Virus record (IMG/VR): IMGVR_UViG_3300047160_036265
Length of the DNA stretch: 64,000 nt
DNA from: a virus
Strand: one strand, 5' to 3'
The notes below the pieces were generated by a model. It saw only the letters and a list, made by a program, of their open reading frames with translations, searched no databases and was not told the DNA's origin. Positions 18,211-27,420 of the stretch are shown here, one piece after another (the stretch's first letter is position 1; the number at the start of each line of letters is the position of its first letter). The translations under genes were made by a program, and so were the position numbers.

Positions 18211-19398
18211 CTAAGCCTTCTTGATTTTCAAATGGTCGAGGACCGTCTTGGCGCGATCTCCGAACACGCAGGCAGCCGCCATCGAATCCCCGATCTTGTC
18301 GCGCAGACGGGCGAACTCGTTCCAGACCCGGATGGAAATGCGCCGTTGAGCGGCTTCGATGATGCCGCTGTTCTTGGCAATGGCCTGGATGTCCTTGGGC
18401 AGTTTCGCCAGAGCCGGCGGGGCCACTTCGTCAACGTGAATGCACACAGGGAAGCGGTCACGCAGGGCCGGGAGCAAGTCCTGGTCGGGATGCCCGTTCA
18501 TCGTGGCAATAACATGGAACCCCTTCACCGGCGTGAGGGTTTCATTGTTGGGCAAGGTTTGCTGGGCAATCTCGAAGTCATCCAGAAAGCCCAGGAGAAA
18601 CGTCTGGGCATCACCGGAAGCCTTCTCCAGTTCGTTCAGGACGCAGCGACAGCCGTTCCGCCAGGAAAGGATGCAGGGGCCGTCCAGCCACTTGTAGCTG
18701 CCGTCCACGATGCCGTAGTGGCCCCGCAGTTCGGCGGCGGGCGTATCGTCGGTCAAACTGACAGAGAAGACGGGCTTGCCGTTGAGGTTATTGCGGCGGG
18801 CAGCCCAGGACTTGCCAGTGCCGCTGACGCCCCAGAGGAGGATACGGTCGCACTGGCCGACTGCTTCCTCGACAAGCTCCCAGCAAGTATATTTGTCCTT
18901 GGACTTGAATTTGGCTTCCTTGTGGATGGTCCGCACGTCCTCCACCTTCTTGCCATGTTTGGAGGCCAGCTTCGCCATAATATCATCCTCGAATTGCGCC
19001 TTGAGGTTGGCTTCAGCATCCAGCCAAAGCTGCTCGTCGGCTCCTGTGGGATGTCCCTGGGTTTCCCAGGCCGTGCGAGCGAGCAAGGCGATGGCCTCCT
19101 TGGGAACCTGCATGTTCTGCAACTCGGCAAATATCTCCTGCACCAGCAAGGCATCTGCGGGCGGCAATCCACTTGAAATCGGGGGCACGTCAATAGGCAT
19201 CACCGGCACCGCCGGCACCGCCGGCACCGCCGGCATCACCGGCACCGCCGGCACCGCCGGCATGGCCGGCATCGCCATACACTGCGCCGACCTCCTGACA
19301 GGCTCGCCAGTGGCACTGTCCATGATGGCTCTCCTTTTGCGCATCGCACGACGAAGCATTTGCAACTTCTTCCGTGCCTTGTCGCCACGCTTGCTCAT
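18211..19398 (-). CDS. AAA+ ATPase, CobS/MoxR-like
   Basis: Walker A LLWGVSGTGKSW, Walker B FLLGFLDD, arginine-finger region; N-terminus carries a (PAV/PAM)n repeat. Confidence 0.7.
   Translation of the reverse strand: MSKRGDKARKKLQMLRRAMRKRRAIMDSATGEPVRRSAQCMAMPAMPAVPAVPVMPAVPAVPAVPVMPIDVPPISSGLPPADALLVQEIFAELQNMQVPKEAIALLARTAWETQGHPTGADEQLWLDAEANLKAQFEDDIMAKLASKHGKKVEDVRTIHKEAKFKSKDKYTCWELVEEAVGQCDRILLWGVSGTGKSWAARRNNLNGKPVFSVSLTDDTPAAELRGHYGIVDGSYKWLDGPCILSWRNGCRCVLNELEKASGDAQTFLLGFLDDFEIAQQTLPNNETLTPVKGFHVIATMNGHPDQDLLPALRDRFPVCIHVDEVAPPALAKLPKDIQAIAKNSGIIEAAQRRISIRVWNEFARLRDKIGDSMAAACVFGDRAKTVLDHLKIKKA
19196..19262. repeat. in-frame 9-bp tandem repeat (about 7 units, GCCGGCACC-like)
   Basis: caccggcaccgccggcaccgccggcaccgccggcatcaccggcaccgccggcaccgccggcatggccggcatcgcc encodes PAVPAVPVMPAVPAVPAVPVMP near the N-terminus of the AAA+ protein. 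Confidence 0.7.
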
Positions 19399-19580
19399 AC
19401 AAAGAGTCTTACCAAAGAATTATGCGTATGTAAAGCCGAAAGGAGATTCAGCGTTTGATTTGCCACCGCCAGACTTTGATCCATTCCCGCTCGCCGTCCC
19501 GACCTGGCACATTTATTGTTGGGCGAAGGTTCCAGAGGTTAGCCAGCCAGGGAATGCTGACTATATTGCCACTGCGGCCC

Positions 19581-19952
19581 TTATGCGGGCCGGCTATCAC
19601 TGTTACCGGAGTCGTGTTCCTCATACATCTCCTCAAGGATACGGGCCTCGTCAGGCTGGAGGATGACGGAATATACCTCAGCCATTTCCTTGGGTTTCTC
19701 GAACATGGCGAACACGTCAAGCACCTGACCCAGCACCCAGGTGCAGTGGACCCCGCCGACGTTGAAGCTGGGGTCATATTCTTCGGGCTTGGGTTTGAAT
19801 GCTTCCTTGGCAAGACGCTCAGCGTGCGCCAGGTCGTCGGCACGAATGAGACGAATGCTCTCTTCGGCCAAACGAACTTGGCCGCTTTCGTCAAGTGCCT
19901 TCATCAGCAGTTTGACGCCGAACCAGGACATGCAACATCTCCACTTTTTCAT
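19581..19952 (-). CDS. hypothetical protein, paralog of the ORF at 28427-28768
   Basis: SWFGVKLLMKALDESGQVRLAEESIRLIRADDLAHAERLAKEAF aligns with TWFVARLLFRSVSGKRVKLAEDSFRLIQASSLKAARRKAERLG of the other ORF. Confidence 0.5.
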   Translation of the reverse strand: MKKWRCCMSWFGVKLLMKALDESGQVRLAEESIRLIRADDLAHAERLAKEAFKPKPEEYDPSFNVGGVHCTWVLGQVLDVFAMFEKPKEMAEVYSVILQPDEARILEEMYEEHDSGNSDSRPA

Positions 19953-20077
19953 CCCAGGTCATCTTCGAGACACACTCCCGGTGCATTCGGGTTACACCCA
20001 GGCGAACCTCGCCGTGCTGCTCTATTATTTGCAAGAGCCTCCTGAGTATAACCTCGCACTTCTCCCTTGTCTCCAAG

Positions 20078-20151
20078 TCGGGGCGACACGATTTGAACGT
20101 GCGGCCTTCTGGTCCCAAACCAGACGCTCTTCCAAGCTGAGCTACGCCCCG
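20078..20151 (-). tRNA. tRNA-Pro(UGG)
   Basis: Acceptor CGGGGCG/CGCCCCG, D-arm GCUCAGCUUGGAAGAGC, anticodon arm UCUGG-UUUGGGA-CCAGA, T-loop GUUCAAAUC. Confidence 0.65.
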
Positions 20152-20514
20152 CTACCACCAACCATTCGCGTCGTCTTCCAACATATATACGACCTGCTCC
20201 TTAATGTTTTGCTGCAAGCCAATTATCGTTTTCATCGGCTGGCCACCACAGCAATATAAGATCGCAGGCACGTTCATGACCTGATATTTTTTGAGGAAAT
20301 CCCACAACCCTTGATCGTCAATATCCAACTCCCCAAAGGCGAAGTCACCGACGCCAGGGGCGGTTTCGGCCTCCGTGGCGATGCGGCGGAACTGCTCGGC
20401 CAATCCCTTGTGAGCATTCCACTCGGCGTCCGCCAGCAGCAGGATATAGCGCTGGGAGGCCAGGAAGGAATCCAGGTTCTCGGCGGTGACTTTGGTAATC
20501 ATTAGAAGTCCCAC
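20152..20514 (-). CDS. thioredoxin-fold-like protein (no CxxC active site)
   Basis: Beta-alpha-beta pattern with VMNVPAILYCCGGQP..IIG resembling the Trx cis-Pro region; weak similarity. Confidence 0.35.
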   Translation of the reverse strand: MGLLMITKVTAENLDSFLASQRYILLLADAEWNAHKGLAEQFRRIATEAETAPGVGDFAFGELDIDDQGLWDFLKKYQVMNVPAILYCCGGQPMKTIIGLQQNIKEQVVYMLEDDANGWW

Positions 20515-20906
20515 TCGTCATCAAGGCTTCGATAAGGGTGTTTCTTGAGATACGCCCGGCGCTCGGCCTCGTAATGCTCGCGCACAAAGCGCACAAAACG
20601 CTCGTCCGGTGGGCCAAGCATCCACAAGATGGCGTCAAGGCGTACATTCTTATATTCAGAACTCTTCATGCCCCGGAGTTGCTTTTGCACATGGGGCGGG
20701 AGACTTTTGAAAAACTCACCGGGTTTGTGGATGCGGCGGAACTCTTGGTCCTTCTGGCCGATCCAGAAGGCCCGTTCCGCCACTTCCAGCAAAGTGTCAA
20801 TGGCTGCCATAAAGGCTTTCTTACTTGTATGCGGCGCTGTTGGGTAACTTGTCCAGCATCGGGAACACCACGTTAATTGGCAGGTAGGTGTTCGGGTCAA
20901 CAGCAT
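20502..20906 (-). CDS. hypothetical protein
   Basis: 134-aa ORF. Confidence 0.4.
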   Translation of the reverse strand: MLLTRTPTCQLTWCSRCWTSYPTAPHTSKKAFMAAIDTLLEVAERAFWIGQKDQEFRRIHKPGEFFKSLPPHVQKQLRGMKSSEYKNVRLDAILWMLGPPDERFVRFVREHYEAERRAYLKKHPYRSLDDEWDF

Positions 20907-21090
20907 ACACGGCCAGCCACAGCCCTTCGGGGAAAATCACCGGCACCGGCACATCATCGCCAAACACCAGATCGCCACGGGCGCTAACCCAGGGCTTGTT
21001 AGTGGCAGTTACAACCGCAAAGGTCGAAACCGAGACTTCGGAACGGACTTTGACGGCGTAAGTATGTGAAGTAGGATTGGGTTGGGGCAT
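20821..21090 (-). CDS. hypothetical protein
   Basis: 89-aa ORF. Confidence 0.35.
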   Translation of the reverse strand: MPQPNPTSHTYAVKVRSEVSVSTFAVVTATNKPWVSARGDLVFGDDVPVPVIFPEGLWLAVYAVDPNTYLPINVVFPMLDKLPNSAAYK

Positions 21091-21297
21091 ATGTCCTCCT
21101 TGAAAGTTTAGGTCAAGGGTATGTATGCTCCACCCCTCCTTTTTCCAGCGAAGAAGCCGTGAAGACCGGGGCCTCCAGCGCCTTCCGAACCTCTATCTCC
21201 TCTGCTGCAATGACGATAGCGGGTTCCAGATTCTTCTCGGAAATCATCCCCGCCGTGTAGAGGGCGTCCACGATCAACGCCGCCAAGTCCTCGCTCT

Positions 21298-21996
21298 TCA
21301 TTTTAGCCTTTCGACCAGGGCTTCGGCCAGCCTGTCTTTCAGTTCTTTGTTCTGTTGCGGCAGCGGCCCGCCGACGAAATGGGCGTAGAGGAAGTGCAGG
21401 TTCTCCAGGCCCGCCTCGGTTGCCGTGGCCTTGCGGAGCTTCAAGCGAACGTCGTCCGGGCTGTCATCCAGAAATACGCAGCCGGGGGGCGAAGATTTCG
21501 ACATCTTCTTGTCGGGTTCCCGCAAATCCTTGACCCGACCACCCATGAGATTTGCAACGGGGATCGGATAGGTCGTCTGGAACCGGCGGTTGCAGCGATG
21601 CAGAAGCTTTCGTGCATACTGCAAGTGCTGATGCTGGTCCTCCCCGACCATGACTTCATTATACCCGGCCACATCATGAGCCATCAACACCGGGTACGTC
21701 AAAAGGTGAGCGGTGCGGCGGTCGTCGGCGCAGGATTTGAATTGCGTCATGCGCCCCAGATCGCCCATCTTGGCCAGGACGAGGAGCCGAAAATATAACT
21801 CGGCGTCAAAAACATCCTTTTGCAACCGGATGTTCTGGACGCCGAACCTCCGCAGAGTGGCCACCGACTGACTTGTGTTTTGTTCTTCGGGTGCGTGGTA
21901 ATTTGCAACCAGCACATCCGCACCCTGTTGCCCCGGCAGAATTACCGAGAAGTAATGACCCAGGTGCAGCCGCCCCGTGGGCCTAAAGCCGCACAA
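21298..21996 (-). CDS. trpS: tryptophanyl-tRNA synthetase-like, minimal (232 aa)
   Basis: HIGH-region RLHLGHY, GDLGRMTQFKSC (E. coli GELSRMTQFKDK), YPVLMAHDV, VMVGEDQHQHLQYARKLLHRCN and KMSKS all match TrpRS; about 100 aa shorter than bacterial TrpRS, mostly in the anticodon-binding domain. Confidence 0.65.
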   Translation of the reverse strand: MCGFRPTGRLHLGHYFSVILPGQQGADVLVANYHAPEEQNTSQSVATLRRFGVQNIRLQKDVFDAELYFRLLVLAKMGDLGRMTQFKSCADDRRTAHLLTYPVLMAHDVAGYNEVMVGEDQHQHLQYARKLLHRCNRRFQTTYPIPVANLMGGRVKDLREPDKKMSKSSPPGCVFLDDSPDDVRLKLRKATATEAGLENLHFLYAHFVGGPLPQQNKELKDRLAEALVERLK

Positions 21997-22026
21997 CTTG
22001 CCAAAGACGCACCATAGTATTTCTCC

Positions 22027-22494
22027 TTAGCGTGCCCCAAAGTCCTGTATGCAGTAAGATGGCGAGTTCCCACTCTGGGACACCGCCGTACCGAAGTCCC
22101 GCACATCCTTCGCCAACATATTTGCCAGGTGCGGGGGCGAGTTGACAAGTTGTTGGAACAGCTTGTTGACGGTGGCTGCCGAGAGTTTAGCGCTGTTCAT
22201 GGCCGCATTCTCCCGCAGGGAGTACCACTCGGTATATCCCGCCCGTTCGATGCGCTTGACCCAATCCACATTGTTGGCATTGTGTGGGTCGGGGCTGTTC
22301 CAGCCATAGGTGATTAAGTCCTGAACGTGGCCGGTGGCGGCGTTGGCGAGGTTGTTATTCCACCGGAGTGCGGCTCGCTTCTTCTGTTTTCGCAGGTTGT
22401 TCACCAGGGTGAACATCTGCTGCTGGAAGGGGTCGGTTGCGGCCTGCGGCGCAGGGGCGGCTTTTTCAACTTTGCGCTCAGATATTTTGTCCAT
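22027..22494 (-). CDS. CAP/SCP (YkwD-like) domain protein
   Basis: VNSPPHLANMLAKDVRDFGTAVS..C resembles the CAP-domain conserved region; basic/Ala-rich N-terminus. Confidence 0.45.
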   Translation of the reverse strand: MDKISERKVEKAAPAPQAATDPFQQQMFTLVNNLRKQKKRAALRWNNNLANAATGHVQDLITYGWNSPDPHNANNVDWVKRIERAGYTEWYSLRENAAMNSAKLSAATVNKLFQQLVNSPPHLANMLAKDVRDFGTAVSQSGNSPSYCIQDFGAR

Positions 22495-22833
22495 ATCATA
22501 TTATAGTGCTGCACCTGCCGTTATTCTCGCCCGGTGGTGTGCTACTACGCCAAAGGCAGGCACGCCGGCTGGTCAACGTACCACGGTCATTTCCTACACT
22601 TACGGGCACTCCCCTCCCACTCCCGTCTTTGGGACCGCCAGTTCAACGCCCCTACTCTCACCTGAAGAGCATTCGGAGCGGAGGTTCCTCCGTTCTGCAC
22701 GGTCGGCTTTCTCCCAGGTCATCAGACCAGGAGCGTTTTGATGATTGCGTCCACGGCATCGCAGCCGTGGTCCGGTGCCCTGTCACTCCTTAGATGGTGG
22801 CTGCTTCTAAGCCAACATTCCACCGGGCGAAAG

Positions 22834-22904
22834 TGGCGGTAGAAGGAATCGAACCTTCTTTTCTTCCTTATGAGAGAAGCGTCTTACCAATAGACGATAC
22901 CGCC
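22834..22904 (-). tRNA. tRNA-Met(CAU) (or Ile2-type)
   Basis: Acceptor GGCGGUA/UACCGCC, anticodon arm CUUCU-CUCAUAA-GGAAG, T-arm GAAGG-UUCGAUU-CCUUC. Confidence 0.65.
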
Positions 22905-22908
22905 CAAG

Positions 22909-22991
22909 CAGAGCCGTGAGGAATCGAACCCCATAGGCGTCGAAGGCCGGTGGATTTGGAGTCCACCTGATGTCCCAGCATCACCGGCTCT
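22909..22991 (-). tRNA. tRNA-Trp(CCA)-like with extra variable-arm hairpin (83 nt)
   Basis: Acceptor AGAGCCG/CGGCUCU, anticodon arm GUGGA-CUCCAAA-UCCAC, extra hairpin GGC-CUUCGAC-GCC before the T-arm. Confidence 0.5.
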
Positions 22992-23185
22992 ATTTTCTCC
23001 TGGTCGTCGCTGAACAGAGGAAGAATAGTATCAGAATTACCAGCAGTATTAGCCAAAAATCCATTATTCGTTAAGCAACTGGTCCTTGTTGTCCTTGTCA
23101 TCAGGGCCTTTCGGCTTGTCGCCCATCGCCATTATCAAAACAAATGCGACGATGATCGCCAGCAAGGCCACTACCAAAACTTCCA

Positions 23186-23431
23186 TTATCCTCCTTCCCT
23201 GGAACCCATCCAATAGTCGTCGGAATCCAGTCCCAGATGGTGATTCTTATATTCGTCCGGTTTCAACTCCACAATGCGAAAGACAGACGGCAGGTGGTGT
23301 GAATGATGGTGCGTCACGGCACCATAGTCCTTTAACCGGGCCACATCCTCATATCTCGCCCACTCACCATGCTCATCGGTGTCCGAGTCAATAAGGCGGT
23401 GGTGTTGATTTTCAAATTCGTGGATAATCAT
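23186..23431 (-). CDS. hypothetical protein
   Basis: 81-aa His-rich ORF. Confidence 0.35.
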   Translation of the reverse strand: MIIHEFENQHHRLIDSDTDEHGEWARYEDVARLKDYGAVTHHHSHHLPSVFRIVELKPDEYKNHHLGLDSDDYWMGSREGG

Positions 23432-23445
23432 GTTCCTCCTTAAAC

Positions 23446-23685
23446 CTAGAAGCCGAACTTCGCGCGTTCATGCACTTCTTTCAAGTAATTCTTGGCGTAA
23501 TCATCCACCGGCTCATAGTTCATCTGGAAAGCCCGCTCGGTGACGAAATACTCCTCACCAGCCTGCGACGTTATCAACCAGTCGCCTGGCTTACCACGCA
23601 TGATCCCCGTTGAGCCTTTTATAATCATAGGCTGCGTGATGCAAATGGCCTCGATGATTATAGGTTTTTTGCGAAACTTCGCCAT
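23446..23685 (-). CDS. hypothetical protein
   Basis: 79-aa ORF. Confidence 0.4.
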   Translation of the reverse strand: MAKFRKKPIIIEAICITQPMIIKGSTGIMRGKPGDWLITSQAGEEYFVTERAFQMNYEPVDDYAKNYLKEVHERAKFGF

Positions 23686-23721
23686 CGGCAGCCTCCTTGC
23701 CCCGATGTATATATTCGCGCC

Positions 23722-24156
23722 TTAGATAAATTGCGACTGCGGGTAGATCGCCTGGTTGTTGAAAACAAAACCCTTGGGCAACACAGGCCGATCCGGGTCG
23801 ATGGGGGACGCGACTTCGTTCCAGAACGGCTTGTCGAGGAGGCCGGGGTCGTAGTCGATGGTCGCCCCAACCAGAAATATGGCTGAGGGCTTGTCGATGG
23901 CCAACTGCAAGCCGCCCAACTCCTCCAGGTAGTGCTTTTCGGGGTCGAACTTCCTGGTCAGCGTCATGCACCAGAACATCTTCCAGGGGCCGACCGGCCT
24001 GGCGTCAATCTGAACGTAATACTCGTCGGCAGGTAGGCCACCCATCTTGGTGATTTGATTGACGGCGGCTGGTGTGATGTCTTTGAAGATCATACCCCTA
24101 TTTATCAACCTGGGGTTCGATCTTCTTGGCGGGGAAAATCTCCTCCCACGTCTCAT
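23722..24156 (-). CDS. hypothetical protein
   Basis: 144-aa ORF. Confidence 0.45.
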   Translation of the reverse strand: MRRGRRFSPPRRSNPRLINRGMIFKDITPAAVNQITKMGGLPADEYYVQIDARPVGPWKMFWCMTLTRKFDPEKHYLEELGGLQLAIDKPSAIFLVGATIDYDPGLLDKPFWNEVASPIDPDRPVLPKGFVFNNQAIYPQSQFI

Positions 24157-24412
24157 GAATGAAATCCACTACCGGCTTCCCCACCCCAAGGCAAAGGGCA
24201 AAGATCGCAAAGAATAGCACCCCGCCCAACAGCCACAAGAGGATTGCTTTCCGTCGCTCACGGCGGCGGCGGGGCGCACTCATCTCATCGAGGCGTCGGC
24301 CAATCTCCAGGTGAAAGTCGTCGTTATCTTTCAAATCAAATCCCCGGAGAGCGCCCGAAACAGCAGGATGAGGATATAACTGGCCAGGATGATGAGCATA
24401 ATGCCGCAACAC
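24098..24412 (-). CDS. small membrane protein
   Basis: 104-aa ORF with one TM helix and a basic stretch RRRERRK. Confidence 0.35.
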   Translation of the reverse strand: MLRHYAHHPGQLYPHPAVSGALRGFDLKDNDDFHLEIGRRLDEMSAPRRRRERRKAILLWLLGGVLFFAIFALCLGVGKPVVDFIHETWEEIFPAKKIEPQVDK

Positions 24413-24564
24413 CCAGGGCCACAGCCAGGCACGTCTCCTTGTGGCGCTGTTTCAGGATGTTTTGCTTCCTCCTCGGCCATCCTGAAGGACAGTATGGCAA
24501 GGAAGAAGAGGAAGGCGACGATGGCGAGACAACCAACAGTAGCCCATACTTGTTGCCAATTCAT
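24331..24564 (-). CDS. small membrane protein
   Basis: 77-aa ORF with two TM helices. Confidence 0.35.
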   Translation of the reverse strand: MNWQQVWATVGCLAIVAFLFFLAILSFRMAEEEAKHPETAPQGDVPGCGPGCCGIMLIILASYILILLFRALSGDLI

Positions 24565-24682
24565 GGCATTCCATTGCCTCCAGAAAAAAGCAAGGGGGCC
24601 GTGCTGAGCGGCCCCCTTGCTGAGCCACGCTGAGTGCCGTGACCCTGACGTACTTCCATCTTACCACCGAAAGCCAGACTTG

Positions 24683-25861
24683 TTAAGCCAAAACTTCGGT
24701 GACAACGCCCGATCCGATGGTTTTCCCACCCTCACGGATGGCGAAGTGGCTGCCCACTTCCAGGGCGATGGGCTTCTCCAGCAGAACCTCCAGGGTCGCG
24801 TTGTCGCCCGGCAGGATCATTTCGATGGGCGGCACCAGCTTCATCTCCCCGGTCACGTCCGTGGTACGGAAGAAGAACTGCGGCTTGTAGCCGTCCATGA
24901 ACGGCGTGTGCCGCCCGCCCTCTTCCTTGCTCAAGACGTAGACTTCGGACAGGAACTTGGTCTGGGGCTTGATCGTCCGTGGGGCTGCAAGCACCTGGCC
25001 CCGCTCGATCTCGTCGTTCTTGACCCCTCGCAGGAGCAAGCCGACGTTCTGGCCGGCGACCGCCTCATCAAGCGGTTGCTTGAACGCCTCGACGCTGACC
25101 ACCACGACCTCGCGCATCTCGCCCAGGCCCAGGATTTCCACCTTGCCGCCTGGCCGGATGCTGCCCTGCTCGATCTTGCCCGTCGCCACGGTGCCCCGAC
25201 CGACAATCGAGTGTACGCCTTCGACGTACATCAGGAAGGGGCGGTCCATCTTGCGCACCGGGTCCGGGATGTACGAGTCCAGGGCTTCCAGCAACTCGTT
25301 GATGCAGCGGGTGGCGTCCGGGTCGGTCGGATCGTCCAGAGCGCCCTTGGCGTTGCCACGGACCACCGGCGTCTTGTCGCCGTCGAATCCGAACTTCGTC
25401 AGAAGCTCCCTGGTTTCCATCTCGACCAGTTCGATGATTTCGGGGTCGTTGACCAGATCGACCTTGTTGATGAACACCACGATGTCAGGCACACCGACCT
25501 GACGGGCCAGCAGAATATGCTCCTTGGTCTGCGGCATCGGGCCGTCCGCAGCCGACAGCAGCAAGATCGCCCCGTCCATCTGCGCCGCACCCGTAATCAT
25601 GTTCTTCACATAATCGGCGTGTCCGGGGCAATCGACGTGGGCGTAGTGCCGCTTGGCGGTTTCGTACTGGACGTGGCTGGTGATGATGGTGACGGTTTTA
25701 TTTTCGTCACGCACCGTGCCACCCTTGGCGATGTCCTTGTAGCTTTTGACTTTCGCCAAGCCCTTCTTGGCCTGAACCGCCAGGATCGCAGCGGTCAGGG
25801 TCGTCTTCCCGTGGTCGATGTGACCAATCGTTCCGACGTTGACGTGAATCTTCTCCGACAT
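24683..25861 (-). CDS. tuf: translation elongation factor Tu
   Basis: [17 protein letters not shown] (G1), [49 protein letters not shown] (G3), NKVD (G4); full-length 392-aa EF-Tu with domains 2 and 3. Confidence 0.9.
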   Translation of the reverse strand: MSEKIHVNVGTIGHIDHGKTTLTAAILAVQAKKGLAKVKSYKDIAKGGTVRDENKTVTIITSHVQYETAKRHYAHVDCPGHADYVKNMITGAAQMDGAILLLSAADGPMPQTKEHILLARQVGVPDIVVFINKVDLVNDPEIIELVEMETRELLTKFGFDGDKTPVVRGNAKGALDDPTDPDATRCINELLEALDSYIPDPVRKMDRPFLMYVEGVHSIVGRGTVATGKIEQGSIRPGGKVEILGLGEMREVVVVSVEAFKQPLDEAVAGQNVGLLLRGVKNDEIERGQVLAAPRTIKPQTKFLSEVYVLSKEEGGRHTPFMDGYKPQFFFRTTDVTGEMKLVPPIEMILPGDNATLEVLLEKPIALEVGSHFAIREGGKTIGSGVVTEVLA

Positions 25862-25973
25862 CTAACACTCCCTGGTTGCCTACAGCAACCTATTAGGGGT
25901 TTCGGCACCCTTCCGCCCAATCGTTTGATCTTTTTACCACAACGAGTGAAGCCAGAGCGGTTGGGAACCAAAG

Positions 25974-26044
25974 AGCCACCCCTGGGAATCGGACCCAGGT
26001 TTTCGCCTTACGAGAGCGACGTATTACCACTATACGAGGGTGGC
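25974..26044 (-). tRNA. tRNA-Thr(CGU)
   Basis: Acceptor GCCACCC/GGGUGGC, anticodon arm UCGCU-CUCGUAA-GGCGA, T-loop GGUCCGAUUCC. Confidence 0.65.
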
Positions 26045-26048
26045 AAAG

Positions 26049-26121
26049 TCGGGGCGGCGGGAGTTGAACCCGCAGCTTCCAGTACCCCATACTGGCGGCT
26101 TACCATCAAGCCTTCGCCCCG
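26049..26121 (-). tRNA. tRNA-Pro(GGG)
   Basis: Acceptor CGGGGCG/CGCCCCG, D-arm GGCU-UGAUGGUA-AGCC, anticodon arm CCAGU-AUGGGGU-ACUGG, T-arm GCGGG-UUCAACU-CCCGC. Confidence 0.6.
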
Positions 26122-26126
26122 ATTAG

Positions 26127-26200
26127 CAGGTGCGGCAGGAGTTGAACCTGCAACCATCCGCTTTGGAGACGGACGCTCTGCCGGGTTGAGCTACGCACCT
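26127..26200 (-). tRNA. tRNA-Trp(CCA)
   Basis: Acceptor AGGUGCG/CGCACCU, D-arm GCUC-AACCCGGCA-GAGC, anticodon arm UCCGU-CUCCAAA-GCGGA, T-arm GCAGG-UUCAACU-CCUGC. Confidence 0.7.
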
Positions 26201-26625
26201 AGAAGATAACGATACCAGCCGAGAGCCTTGGCTGTCCGTTTTCGATGACAGTTTGAACAGCGCACTTCACATTTGGCGATTTCGTCTAAGACCTCGCTCC
26301 AAGGACTTCCATGTGTCACCAGATATGAAACCGCCGCCCGCTTCTCGCCACGCACATGATCGCATTCCAAGGTGACTGGATCGCTTTCGCCGCAGTCAAT
26401 ACACGGATGCTCCAACAGATAGGCCCAATACTTCAGGCCATTTTCGACTGCTTTTTTTCTGGCTGACGCCTTAACCTTGTTGCGACGACCTTCATCCTCA
26501 TGATACATGGTCGTCCAATAAAGACGGCGACAACCTCGGCAAACCCATCTTCGACCTGTGGGGGTTTTCTCGTATTCCTCAAGGGACTTGGGGGTGCCGC
26601 ATTTCTTGCATATTCGAGTTTCCAT
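26191..26625 (-). CDS. HNH endonuclease
   Basis: CKKCG..CRGC Zn ribbon followed by ECDHVRGEK..CEVRCSNCHRKRT (HNH/His-Me finger); abuts the tRNA cluster. Confidence 0.55.
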   Translation of the reverse strand: METRICKKCGTPKSLEEYEKTPTGRRWVCRGCRRLYWTTMYHEDEGRRNKVKASARKKAVENGLKYWAYLLEHPCIDCGESDPVTLECDHVRGEKRAAVSYLVTHGSPWSEVLDEIAKCEVRCSNCHRKRTAKALGWYRYLLGA

Positions 26626-26663
26626 ACCCTATTATAGTGGTGCAAGCGGCAAAAATTACACCA

Positions 26664-26870
26664 CTATTGCCTGGGCATGAAGCCCAGGTATCCCTCGCCC
26701 CCACAGGCATCGCAGACGCCTGCGGGGGCATCATATTTCTTGGTCTGCCAGTTGTACATGCCCTCCTCCTGCTGGCCGAAGCCGCCGCAGCGCTCGCACA
26801 AGAACCGCCGGGCCTCGATCTTGCCGGTCGTTTCCCATTGCTGGAGCAGGGCTGGAGTAATCTCGATCAT
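26664..26870 (-). CDS. hypothetical Zn-ribbon protein
   Basis: CERCGGFG..CDACGGEG cysteine pairs. Confidence 0.4.
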   Translation of the reverse strand: MIEITPALLQQWETTGKIEARRFLCERCGGFGQQEEGMYNWQTKKYDAPAGVCDACGGEGYLGFMPRQ

Positions 26871-27166
26871 GACTTCAAACGGAACCCCAACATGGCGAAT
26901 GCCTCGCGCTGGCTCTTGGCCTCGCCCTGGGTGGAGGGCGACTTGATGCGGTCGGCCAGGCTGTTACGCCAGGCAAACCCGTGCGCCGTCTTGGTGACTT
27001 CTCCGTAATAGGTGCCGTCCTTGAAAATCTTCTGCGTCTTGCCTTCCTCCCGGACTTCGATGGACATGGAAACCTCGTTACTGGTCATCAATGCTGCGAT
27101 ACCCTGGGCATCGCCAGCCGTGGAAACACTCAAGCAGCAAGCCAGGCCGCAGACGCAAATTTCCAA
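26867..27166 (-). CDS. hypothetical protein
   Basis: 99-aa ORF with a hydrophobic N-terminus. Confidence 0.4.
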   Translation of the reverse strand: MEICVCGLACCLSVSTAGDAQGIAALMTSNEVSMSIEVREEGKTQKIFKDGTYYGEVTKTAHGFAWRNSLADRIKSPSTQGEAKSQREAFAMLGFRLKS

Positions 27167-27291
27167 ACTCGCGTCGGGGGATTTTCATGAGGTATTGGTC
27201 CGGTTCGCCGGTTTGCGGGCTTACCCAGGCCACATAGACAAATTTTGGCCCGATCTTCATGACTTGGTGCATTTGTCTGCCCCTCAATCAG

Positions 27292-27364
27292 TGCGGCATA
27301 CGGGAATTGAACCCGTCCCCTCACGTTGGCAACGTGATATACTCAGCCAATATACGAATGCCGC
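27292..27364 (-). tRNA. tRNA-Gly(GCC)
   Basis: Acceptor GCGGCAU/AUGCCGC, anticodon loop UUGCCAA, T-arm GACGGGUUCAAUUCCCGUA; a near-identical copy lies at 31540-31612. Confidence 0.7.
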
Positions 27365-27420
27365 AGTTCGGCAGGAGAAAAAATCGCTTAGAGTTGGCTT
27401 TAGCATTTGTGATCGGCTTG

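Noticed and set aside
16689-18224. Long plus-strand ORFs (16689-18224, 24617-26209, 51489-53522, 9548-10438, 18091-19176, 18776-19666, 56274-57356, 61237-62322 and others)
   Set aside because: Each lies antisense to a well-supported minus-strand gene (vWA, EF-Tu, rsr, AAA+, cysS, Pnkp). Their translations are Ala/Arg/Gly/Val/Pro-rich low-complexity, typical of GC-rich antisense frames.
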